Made by a program: the position numbers and the translations under genes
The notes under the pieces: model-generated
The model's database searches: none
The model's input: the letters and a program-made list of their open reading frames with translations, nothing else
What the model was told of the DNA's origin: nothing
From: an uncultured Bacilli bacterium
GTDB lineage: Bacteria; Bacillota_I; Bacilli_A; RF39; UBA660
Direction of reading: 5' to 3'
Length of the DNA: 26,909 bases
NCBI GenBank assembly: GCA_947627635.1
Contig: CANQWT010000013.1
Span: forward strand, 1 to 26,909
In this document: piece after piece, positions 17,226 to 25,559 of the stretch
Position numbering within the stretch: the first letter of the stretch is position 1
Layout of the letters: the number at the start of each line of letters is the position of its first letter

Positions 17226-18242
17226 ATGAGTGATATTATGTTCAATATTTTAGAAACAACAGCCTGTACTGATTATGTCTTAGGCTATTACTTATCGATT
17301 GTCAAAACAATTCTTACCGTTTTACAAATTGCTGCCCCTATTGTGTTTATAATTTCTCTAGTTATTTCGTTTATCAAAATTACTGCAACAGGAGATGAAA
17401 ACAAAAAGATTGCAAAAGGAATTGTCAAGAAAATTATCGCAGTAATCATATTTTTCTTACTACCTTGGATGGTCAACTTAGTACTTGGACTGATTGAAGT
17501 TGAAAATGTAGATACTGGAGCAAGATATACCCTTGGAAGTTGTTGGGAAAATGCAAGTGAATTAAGAAAAGAAGTAGACAATACTCATAATGATGGTGTC
17601 AATAAAGGTAATCCAACTGATTTAAAACCGGATAATTCATCTTTAGAAAATATCGAAGCAGATGATGATACTGACACCGATACCGATACGAGTAGTAATA
17701 GTGGAAATAGTAGTAGCAGTAGTGGTAATAGTAGTTCTGGTACTACTTCTAATCAAACCGAAACACCTACAAAATTGATTTTTATAGGTGACTCTAGAAC
17801 AGTAGGAATGCATAATGCTGTTGGTGGAAAGGATACTTGGAGTTGTAAATCAGGAGAAGGACTTGCTTGGATGAAATCAACTGGAGTTCCACAAATTGAA
17901 GATAAAATTGACAATAAAACTGGTATTATTATTCTAATGGGTGTCAATGATTTATATAATGCTGATAAATATGTAACATATATCAATGAACAAGCTAAAA
18001 AATGGGTTGCTAAGGGTGCTAAAGTTTACTTTAACTCTGTCATGCCTTGTAAAGGAAGCTATGCAAATAGAAATGTTAGTATTCAAGATTTCAACAAAAA
18101 GTTAAAAGTCAAACTCAAAAATGTAAAATACATTGATAGTTATTCCTATATGACTAAACAAGGATTTGATTCACCTGATGGACTTCATTATAATGCTGCA
18201 ACCTATAAAAAAGTATATAAATATATTAAAAATCGTTTATAA
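17226..18242 (+). CDS. Membrane-anchored SGNH/GDSL hydrolase with N-terminal two-helix module and D/T/S-rich linker
   Basis: Module LQIAAPIVFIISLVISFIKITATGDENKKIA...IIFFLLPWMV is followed by a low-complexity linker, DDDTDTDTDTSSNSGNSSSSSGNSSSGTT. SGNH blocks follow: I FIGDSRT, III GVNDL, V DGLHYN. The alternative start is the second Met, at 17238. Confidence 0.8.
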   Translation: MSDIMFNILETTACTDYVLGYYLSIVKTILTVLQIAAPIVFIISLVISFIKITATGDENKKIAKGIVKKIIAVIIFFLLPWMVNLVLGLIEVENVDTGARYTLGSCWENASELRKEVDNTHNDGVNKGNPTDLKPDNSSLENIEADDDTDTDTDTSSNSGNSSSSSGNSSSGTTSNQTETPTKLIFIGDSRTVGMHNAVGGKDTWSCKSGEGLAWMKSTGVPQIEDKIDNKTGIIILMGVNDLYNADKYVTYINEQAKKWVAKGAKVYFNSVMPCKGSYANRNVSIQDFNKKLKVKLKNVKYIDSYSYMTKQGFDSPDGLHYNAATYKKVYKYIKNRL

Positions 18243-18257
18243 AAAGGAAGTGATTAC

Positions 18258-19346
18258 ATGCTTAGTCTTTTAGATTTAACTGAATGTAAAGATTTTGTCT
18301 TAGGCTATTTTCTAGCAACAATTAAATCCATTCTTGACTTACTTCAAATTGTTGCTCCTATTGTTTTAATTATTTCTTTGATTATCTCTTTTTCTAAACT
18401 TGTAATTAACCCTGATAATGATAAGAAAGAAATTCATGGAATGATGATTCGAATTGTTGGAATTTTCTTCTTTTTCTTTCTTCCTTGGGTAGTAGAACTT
18501 GTCTTAAATGTCTTCGTCATTAACAGTAAAGATGACCAATCACTTTACTTATTAGGAAGCTGTTATAAATATTCTAAAGAAATAAGAGAAGTTTTAGATA
18601 GTTCTCCTAGTAAAGGTGTTGGAAATAATATGACACCAGTTCAGTTAAAGACAACCATTGGTGAAATTACTGTTGAGAAAGCCATAGAATCAATGGAATC
18701 AGATTCAAGTAAAGGTATGGGTGCTGTTAAAAAAGTCACTATCAAATACAATCAAAAAGATCCTGAAGGACGCTGTGGTAAAGGAAAAAATGACTATTGT
18801 TCTGCCATTGCAACTGTCAAATATGAAAAAGGAACTGTCAAGTACTATATGGGATATCAATATAATTCTGGACTTCTTGATGGATCTTGTAGAGCACATG
18901 CCCTAACCTCAGCGATTAACGCTATTAAAAATACAAAGATGTCTACCCTAGATTTACAAAATTACATGTATAAGCTAACTCCTAATAGTGGTGTCTTAGT
19001 CGGAAATAAAATTGATAAAGCGATTAGTCATTATGGAATAAAAGCAACTGTTTTCCATAGCGAGCTAACACAAGAAAAAGCAGCAAACATTATTAAGGAA
19101 GCTGTTAAAAATGGACAACCTGTTATGGTCTTTGTTCAACATTCAAAATGTCCTGACCTTGCAGGAACTCATCATGCTTATCTGATTTTAGATATCGATG
19201 ATGATGGCCATGTTGTTATGATAGATAGTTGTAACTATCCTAGAAATGCAAGTTACAAAAAAAGAACACCAAGTGAACTTGCAAAATGTTTAAGTAAAGA
19301 TGATATCGCTGATAGTTATTATCGTTTGATTTTATTCGAATTTTAA
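18258..19346 (+). CDS. Membrane-anchored papain-superfamily cysteine peptidase (C39-like domain) with the same N-terminal module
   Basis: The module LQIVAPIVLIISLIISFSKLV..D.DKKEI...FFFFFLPWVV is homologous to that of the ORF at 17226. The C-terminal domain has LDGSCRAHALTSAINAI (Cys motif) and GTHHAYLILDIDDDGHVVMIDS (His block). An AAAGGAAG RBS is present. Confidence 0.7.
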   Translation: MLSLLDLTECKDFVLGYFLATIKSILDLLQIVAPIVLIISLIISFSKLVINPDNDKKEIHGMMIRIVGIFFFFFLPWVVELVLNVFVINSKDDQSLYLLGSCYKYSKEIREVLDSSPSKGVGNNMTPVQLKTTIGEITVEKAIESMESDSSKGMGAVKKVTIKYNQKDPEGRCGKGKNDYCSAIATVKYEKGTVKYYMGYQYNSGLLDGSCRAHALTSAINAIKNTKMSTLDLQNYMYKLTPNSGVLVGNKIDKAISHYGIKATVFHSELTQEKAANIIKEAVKNGQPVMVFVQHSKCPDLAGTHHAYLILDIDDDGHVVMIDSCNYPRNASYKKRTPSELAKCLSKDDIADSYYRLILFEF

Positions 19347-19361
19347 AAGGGTGTGTGTTTT

Positions 19362-19970
19362 ATGAATAAAAAATACTTTATTATTGTAGGAGCAATTATT
19401 GGAGTACTCTTGATTATTTCTTTTATTAACCATAGGCGAGTTCAAAATCAAGATGGAAATTATACCAAAGAAACTTATGAAGATGCTCCTCGTGTCAATA
19501 ACACCAGTGATTTGACAAAGTTATCCAATTCAATTATCTATTTTCAAAATAGTGAAAATTACTTATTACAAATTGCAGTAGTTCTTGCCTCTTCTATTGA
19601 TAGGAGTAAAAGTAAAATTGACTTTCAAACCTTACCTAGTGATGAGATTTTCAAATATACCAATTATCTTTTAAGTGATGGTGAAAAAGTTTGTTACTCC
19701 AGAAAATTTTTATTAGAAGAAGCCAATAATCTATTCCATCGACGAATTTCTACAATTCCTACTAATGATGAAATTTATCAGATTTATGATACAAGTACAG
19801 TCTGTTTCGGTTCAACCTTTCTAAATGATATTCCCCTTCAAAATCAACAAATCAATACTCTACCTAACAGCGATATAGAAATTATTCTTTCTGAAGAGCA
19901 AACTAGTTTAAAAGTACTTTTCTCACAAAACTATGGAAACTATTATATTAAAGAAGTGACTATTTATTAA
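19362..19970 (+). CDS. Single-pass membrane protein of unknown function
   Basis: N-terminal TM (YFIIVGAIIGVLLIISFI). An AAAGGGTG RBS precedes the ATG at 19362. The track ORF starts 3 codons earlier, at 19353. It sits immediately downstream of the peptidase gene. Confidence 0.55.
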   Translation: MNKKYFIIVGAIIGVLLIISFINHRRVQNQDGNYTKETYEDAPRVNNTSDLTKLSNSIIYFQNSENYLLQIAVVLASSIDRSKSKIDFQTLPSDEIFKYTNYLLSDGEKVCYSRKFLLEEANNLFHRRISTIPTNDEIYQIYDTSTVCFGSTFLNDIPLQNQQINTLPNSDIEIILSEEQTSLKVLFSQNYGNYYIKEVTIY

Positions 19971-20005
19971 GCACTTCTTTTTCTTTTTGGCATAAACTAC
20001 AACAG

Positions 20006-20239
20006 GTGATTTTCGTGAAAAAAAGAAAAAGACATTCCCATTCCTTTTGCTGTCGTTGTAACATGTGTAAACAAAAACGTTTGTTAAGTCCTATCTATTT
20101 ATCAATTATCTTTTTCTTAATTGCCATTACCATGTATCAAGCTTTTCTACTCATCTTTCTAACCACTAAAATTCATGCAATTTTACTCTTTATCGAGTTA
20201 TTTTTCTTCTTGTTTCTGACATCGCTTATCCTCTTCTAA
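20006..20239 (+). CDS. Small hydrophobic protein (possible two-TM peptide); start uncertain
   Basis: A basic, Cys-containing N-terminus is followed by two hydrophobic stretches. It overlaps the 3' end of the convergent ysxE-like gene. The call is weak. Confidence 0.3.
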   Translation: MIFVKKRKRHSHSFCCRCNMCKQKRLLSPIYLSIIFFLIAITMYQAFLLIFLTTKIHAILLFIELFFFLFLTSLILF

Positions 20240-21073
20240 TAAAAAGAGAAAACACTTCTTAAGTTTATTCAGATTTCTTGATAAAAAAACTGTACCTTGA
20301 TAAGTTGATAGAACTTCTAATTTTGGAGGAAGTGCTAGTAAAAAGGAAAATAAAAGTTGTTCTTCTTTGGTAAAAGGATAAGTCTTTTGATAAATTGAAT
20401 AAAGAGATGAAATATCCAGTTCTAGACAATGTGTCTGAATAAAATAAACCAAATCAGTAACAGGACTTCCATAATCCATTTGACTTAAGCTAAGAAGACA
20501 TGGCATTTTTCCATCTAAAAAATGAGAAAGTTCAAAACGATGATGAACCAAAACTTTACGAATATGCTTTTTTAAAGTAACTGCTTGATACCACTTTTCT
20601 AGTTTTTCTTTGGCATAAGATAAAGAGGAAAAAATCAATGAGAGATTTCTTTGAAAAAGATAGATGGAAGAAGATGGATAAACTTCTTTCAAAAAGCAAT
20701 TTTCTAAGTTTTCATAGTAACAAAACAAATCTGTAAGTTCTTTACTTTTAGCTTCATAAAATTCTTTTACTTCATCTAAAATAATCTCTTGATAAAATGT
20801 AGTCTTATTTTGTAAAAGCGATAATACATGAATCATGTCTATCGCTTTTTCGTCGATTTGATAATGTTTTTCAGGAAGATATAAAAAAATTTCTTCTTGT
20901 TCTAATCGTTCGATAGGTTTTAAGAAATGATGAAACCCTCTATCTTCTAACATTTCATAAATATCTTCATTCTTAAATTTTCTTTTTGGCTTTATAAAAT
21001 AGGCATTATCATCTGTTACTATAATACGATTATTTTTGACTAACGTTATTTTCTTAATGTGCCTACTATTCAT
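20198..21073 (-). CDS. CotS/YsxE-family spore-coat kinase-like protein
   Basis: VLVHHRFELSHFLDG...MDYGSPVTDLVYF resembles the CotS-family HGDLHHGNIL...ID...D pattern. It sits directly downstream of a spoVID-like gene, as ysxE does in Bacillus. Confidence 0.5.
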   Translation of the reverse strand: MNSRHIKKITLVKNNRIIVTDDNAYFIKPKRKFKNEDIYEMLEDRGFHHFLKPIERLEQEEIFLYLPEKHYQIDEKAIDMIHVLSLLQNKTTFYQEIILDEVKEFYEAKSKELTDLFCYYENLENCFLKEVYPSSSIYLFQRNLSLIFSSLSYAKEKLEKWYQAVTLKKHIRKVLVHHRFELSHFLDGKMPCLLSLSQMDYGSPVTDLVYFIQTHCLELDISSLYSIYQKTYPFTKEEQLLFSFLLALPPKLEVLSTYQGTVFLSRNLNKLKKCFLFLLEEDKRCQKQEEK

Positions 21074-21839
21074 TTGAAATCACTGTAGGAAGAATTAACT
21101 TGCTCCCTACTTTCAAATCATCTAATTGATTATACTCACTAATTTCTTCTTTGGTTACTCCATAACGATTTAAAACCTCATCTAAAGTGTCATTTTCTCT
21201 TAAAATATAAATGGAATAAGTAGAAAATGTTTCTTCAGTATCCTTAAAGGCTGAAAAGATAGAATGCATCACTTCTTTGGATGTGTCTTCTTGTGAAATG
21301 GTCTTTAAAGTTTCTTCCTTGGTTTTTTCTTCAGTTTTTTCTTTGATTACATCTTCCTTAAATAATTCTACTTCTTTCTGTGTTTCTTCTTTATCTAAAA
21401 CGAAATCTTTTTGGAAAGCAAAATGACTATCTTCCATAGGTTCTTCTTTTTCAGTTTCTATTTTTTCAATGATTTTCTCTTGTTCTTTTAAAACTTCTTC
21501 TTCCTCTAAAATATCTATTTTTTCTCTTCCCATCACAGCTAAATCGATATGTACAAGTAAAGCTTCTTCGTCTAGAATTTCATAAGTAAAGTGGTCAATT
21601 TCCACTTCACGGTCATCATCTAAAGGCGTTGTTAAAACAATATCCACAGGTACTTTATAAGAAAAATCTAAAGAAGCTTGGGTATCTTTTGTAATTTTAT
21701 AAGTTCCACTAACAATAAAATCCCCTTGAATAGAGCTATCATCTTGAAAAGCTAAAGTATGTTCCAAAGCAATACTTTCTACTTCTCCGATCATGGTTTT
21801 AAATGGAATTTCTTTTTCAAATGAAATAATTTGTTTCAT
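21066..21839 (-). CDS. SpoVID-like spore-coat morphogenetic protein (acidic, C-terminal LysM)
   Basis: The N-terminal domain pattern (F..PVDI....D..ID.F.YE.LD...L...DLAV.G) resembles the SpoVID N-domain. A highly acidic middle region follows. The C-terminus is a LysM domain (YILRENDTLDEVLNRYGVTKEEISEYNQLDDLKVGSKLILP). Confidence 0.6.
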   Translation of the reverse strand: MKQIISFEKEIPFKTMIGEVESIALEHTLAFQDDSSIQGDFIVSGTYKITKDTQASLDFSYKVPVDIVLTTPLDDDREVEIDHFTYEILDEEALLVHIDLAVMGREKIDILEEEEVLKEQEKIIEKIETEKEEPMEDSHFAFQKDFVLDKEETQKEVELFKEDVIKEKTEEKTKEETLKTISQEDTSKEVMHSIFSAFKDTEETFSTYSIYILRENDTLDEVLNRYGVTKEEISEYNQLDDLKVGSKLILPTVISNE

Positions 21840-21890
21840 TACAGTTCTCCTTTCTATAATTCATTGTACGAAAAAAAAAGAAAAGTATGA

Positions 21891-24212
21891 CTAATTTTTT
21901 ACTTTCCCTTTTTCAAACAAGCTTTCATAAACTTCCATGTAGCGCTCTACAAAATGAAATTCAACTTCTTTTTGAATAATTTTAGGAAGTTTTTTAACAT
22001 CCTTTTGATTTTCTTTTGGAAGATAAACTTCTCTTACTCCAGCTCGATGAGCTCCTATGATTTTTTCTCTTACACCACCAATTGCCAATACATGACCACG
22101 TAAAGTAATTTCTCCAGTCATGGCAATCGATGATGATACCTTTTGTTTAGATAACGAACTAATCAGTGCTGAAGTCAAAGCAATACCAGCACTTGGACCT
22201 TCTTTGTTGACTGCACCTTCTGGAACATGAATATGAATATCTTTTTCTTCAAAAATATTTTTAGGAATGCCAAATTTTTCTCGATGGGCTTTAATATAAC
22301 TCAAAGCAATTTTCGCAGACTCCTGCATTACTTCTCCAAGAGAGCCTGTTAAAATCAGTTTGCCCTTACCTTCATAATATGTTACTTCAATTGGTAAAAT
22401 ATCTCCTCCAAAAGGAGTATAAGCAAGTCCATTTACAACTCCTTCTTGCATTTTCTTTCCACTATCATGATAATGATATAGAGCATCATCTAAATAAGTT
22501 GGTAAGTCCTTAGCCATGATTTCAAAGAAAGGAGTTTCCTTATCAACATAAATCAGTTTTACAATTTTTCGAAGAACTTGGTCTATCATTCTTTCCAAAT
22601 CACGAACTCCTGCTTCCTTCGTATAAGAACGAATGATTTCTAAAATCGCATCATCTGTAAACTGAACTTCTAAAGCCGTAAGACCATTTTGTTCTAACAG
22701 TTTTGGCAAAAGACATTGCTTTGCGATTTCTAGCTTTTCATACTCTGTATATGATGAGATATGAATAATTTCCAAACGGTCTCTTAATTCCAATGGAATT
22801 TGTTCTTCGTAATTTGCTGTTGCGATAAACAAGACTTTGGAAAGGTCAAATTCTTCCTCTAAATAATGGTCTTGAAAATGCATATTTTGTTCTTTGTCAA
22901 GAACCTCTAATAAGCAAGAGGCTGGGTCTCCTCGAAAGTCTTTTTGCATTTTGTCAATTTCATCAATGATAAATACAGGATTAGCACTTTCCGCTTTAGC
23001 AATTCCTTGAATAATTCTACCAGGAATAGAACCGATATAAGTTCTTCTGTGTCCTACAATTTCTGCTTCATCACTCATTCCACCTACAGAAATTTTCGCA
23101 ACAGTACGATTTAAAGCTTTAGCAATACTATAAGCAAGAGAAGTCTTACCAACTCCAGGAGGACCTACAAAACAAAGAATAGGTGTTCTTTCTTTTTGTT
23201 TCTTTGTATTTTCTTTGACAGCCAAATACTCAATCATTCTTGCTTTGACATCCATAAGTCCATAATGAGAACGATTTAAATAAGAAGAAACATCCTTCAT
23301 ATCTGGATTATCTTTGGTATATCTTTCCCAAGGAAGACGGAACAACCAATCAAGATAATCTCTTACTCCTGAGTTTTCAGGAGAATTTGTTGATAAGTTT
23401 TCATAACGTTTTAATTCTTCTTCTATTCTTAATTTAACTTTTCTTGGACACTTTAATTTAGAAAGACGTTTCTTCATTTTTTCAATATCTTGTTCTTTTG
23501 TCGAAACATCTCCAAGTTCTTGTTGTATCACTTTCAATTTTTCACGTAATAAAAATTCCTTTTGGTTTTTCTCCATCTCTTGTTGAACAGCCATATCAAT
23601 TTCTCGCTCAATTTTGACCATACCAAGTTCTCGCTTGATTTCTTCCATAATCATTTTGGCTCTTACAACAGGATTGATTTCATATAAAAACTTTTTCTTC
23701 TCTTCAAAAGAAAGAGTTAAGAAAGAAGCTACAACATCCGTTAAAATATCAATGCTTTCAATATCATTGATTTGGCTTAATAAGGCATTACTCATATAAG
23801 GAGATTCTTTAATATACCGGTCTACTAAACGAAGTAACATATCCTTATAAAGTATTCTTTCTTTAAGAGAAATTTCAGGCTCTATGACTTCCTCACATTC
23901 AGCATAGTAAACACCATCTTCTAAATAATAAGATGTAACATTCACTCTTCTAAGGCCTAAAATAACAGAACGTACTTTAGAATTAGGAATAGTCAGTAAT
24001 AACTCCAATGAACCTAAAATAGCCATAGATGGAAGTTCGGTAATATCAAAATCATTTCCTGCATGAAGTGGGGTTGCGACTAACACTTCATGAGGTGTAT
24101 CTTTATCAACTGCAGAAAGAGTTTTAACTTGTCCTTCCCTATCCGTTTCCATACGAAGTTCACTTTCAGGGAAAAGAATTGCATCTTCAATAATCAGTAC
24201 AGGTCTTTTCAA
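21891..24212 (-). CDS. lon: ATP-dependent Lon protease (LonA type)
   Basis: The LON N-domain is followed by an AAA+ domain with Walker A GPPGVGKTS. The proteolytic domain has DGPSAGIALTSALIS with the Ser-Lys dyad context. Confidence 0.93.
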   Translation of the reverse strand: MKRPVLIIEDAILFPESELRMETDREGQVKTLSAVDKDTPHEVLVATPLHAGNDFDITELPSMAILGSLELLLTIPNSKVRSVILGLRRVNVTSYYLEDGVYYAECEEVIEPEISLKERILYKDMLLRLVDRYIKESPYMSNALLSQINDIESIDILTDVVASFLTLSFEEKKKFLYEINPVVRAKMIMEEIKRELGMVKIEREIDMAVQQEMEKNQKEFLLREKLKVIQQELGDVSTKEQDIEKMKKRLSKLKCPRKVKLRIEEELKRYENLSTNSPENSGVRDYLDWLFRLPWERYTKDNPDMKDVSSYLNRSHYGLMDVKARMIEYLAVKENTKKQKERTPILCFVGPPGVGKTSLAYSIAKALNRTVAKISVGGMSDEAEIVGHRRTYIGSIPGRIIQGIAKAESANPVFIIDEIDKMQKDFRGDPASCLLEVLDKEQNMHFQDHYLEEEFDLSKVLFIATANYEEQIPLELRDRLEIIHISSYTEYEKLEIAKQCLLPKLLEQNGLTALEVQFTDDAILEIIRSYTKEAGVRDLERMIDQVLRKIVKLIYVDKETPFFEIMAKDLPTYLDDALYHYHDSGKKMQEGVVNGLAYTPFGGDILPIEVTYYEGKGKLILTGSLGEVMQESAKIALSYIKAHREKFGIPKNIFEEKDIHIHVPEGAVNKEGPSAGIALTSALISSLSKQKVSSSIAMTGEITLRGHVLAIGGVREKIIGAHRAGVREVYLPKENQKDVKKLPKIIQKEVEFHFVERYMEVYESLFEKGKVKN

Positions 24213-24329
24213 GTCAAATCTCCTCCCTTCTTTTATATTTTTCTATTATAATGAATTTTAAAATTTTTACAAGTAAAACCAAAAAGATTTCAAAATTTTT
24301 TTGATAAAAAAAAGAAGCTCTTGCCTCTT

Positions 24330-24578
24330 TTAAAATTTGTCAAAATTGATTTTGACATATTTGTTATCGTGAAGTGCACTACTTGCTTGCATTAAAGTAC
24401 GAATTGCACTTGCAGTCTTACCATTTTTTCCAATGACACGACCTAAGTCATCTTCTTGAACCATGACTTCTAAAAGAATTGCATTTTCATCGTCTTCTTG
24501 AAATTCTTTGACACGAACAGCTTCTTTATCAACAACTAAAGCCTTCACGATTTTCTCTAAAGTTCCTACGTAATCCAT
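24330..24578 (-). CDS. khpA: KH-domain RNA-binding protein (KhpA/YlqC-like)
   Basis: About 80 aa. The KH GxxG loop reads RVIGKNGKTASAIRTL. It sits directly downstream of rpsP as in other Firmicutes. Confidence 0.85.
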   Translation of the reverse strand: MDYVGTLEKIVKALVVDKEAVRVKEFQEDDENAILLEVMVQEDDLGRVIGKNGKTASAIRTLMQASSALHDNKYVKINFDKF

Positions 24579-24859
24579 TAGGCATTACCCTTTTTGCTTT
24601 TTTCTAAAGCAAACTTCTTCATAATTCCAGCTTCGCTTAGTAAATTACGAACTGTATCTGATGGAATAGCTCCTTGACGTAACCATTTTAAAGCTACCTC
24701 TTCATTGATTTTTACTTCTTTTTCTGAAGGTAGTGGATTATATGTTCCAATTAGTTCTAGATATTTACCATCTCTTGGACTTCTAGAATCGCTTGCAACG
24801 ATACGATAGAATGGTTTTTTCTTAGCTCCCATTCGAGTAAGTCTTAATTTAACTGCCAT
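24578..24859 (-). CDS. rpsP: 30S ribosomal protein S16
   Basis: [42 protein letters not shown] is a canonical S16 sequence. Confidence 0.95.
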   Translation of the reverse strand: MAVKLRLTRMGAKKKPFYRIVASDSRSPRDGKYLELIGTYNPLPSEKEVKINEEVALKWLRQGAIPSDTVRNLLSEAGIMKKFALEKSKKGNA

Positions 24860-24937
24860 GTTTCTTTCTCCTTCCTTTTTTCAATCAATTTCAAGACTAT
24901 TATAACGAGCAGTTATTAGTTTGTCAACCTTTTTCGG

Positions 24938-25468
24938 TTAACATTCTTTTTCTTCAATAAATTCTTCACAAACTTCCCTATCGATTTCTTCGTCTATTTT
25001 ATCTGTTTCTAATAAATTATCCCATGTATCTTCATCTTCTTGAACGGCAATTTTTACTTTAGTATCTCCGACAAGTTCTATCCCAAGCGTTTTTTCAATG
25101 GTATAAGAAATACCTGTTTCATCAATAGATGCTTTTGTACAAATAGGTTGTTTTAAGCTTCGAACAAGGATTTCTTCTCCTTCTATTTTCTCACAATTTT
25201 TAAAGTTCACTACTTCATGGTATGTATTCGTATCTTTAACCACTTCTGTTTTAGTATCATTGTCATAAGAATACCAAATATTCACATCATAACTTCCATC
25301 AATGACAATATTATCTCCACTTTTACTTCCTTTAAAATCATGATTGATAATCCAACAACCTAAAATTGTAGTTGGCATATTTAAAAGTGATACATGACTA
25401 TCTGTCGTGAAAGTCTTTTTTCCTTTTTCAATAATTGCTTTTGTAACAATTTCTCTATAATTAGGCAT
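24938..25468 (-). CDS. cotE: Spore coat morphogenetic protein CotE
   Basis: YREIVTKAIIEKGKK...ILGCWIINH...YDVNIWYSY and an acidic C-terminus match Bacillus CotE (about 180 aa). Confidence 0.75.
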   Translation of the reverse strand: MPNYREIVTKAIIEKGKKTFTTDSHVSLLNMPTTILGCWIINHDFKGSKSGDNIVIDGSYDVNIWYSYDNDTKTEVVKDTNTYHEVVNFKNCEKIEGEEILVRSLKQPICTKASIDETGISYTIEKTLGIELVGDTKVKIAVQEDEDTWDNLLETDKIDEEIDREVCEEFIEEKEC

Positions 25469-25559
25469 ATTTTTCCTCCTCTATATAATTTATGCGAAAA
25501 AATAGAGTTTTGTACCAAAAAGAAAAGGATACAGAAATGTATCCAAAGAGTTTTTTTAT

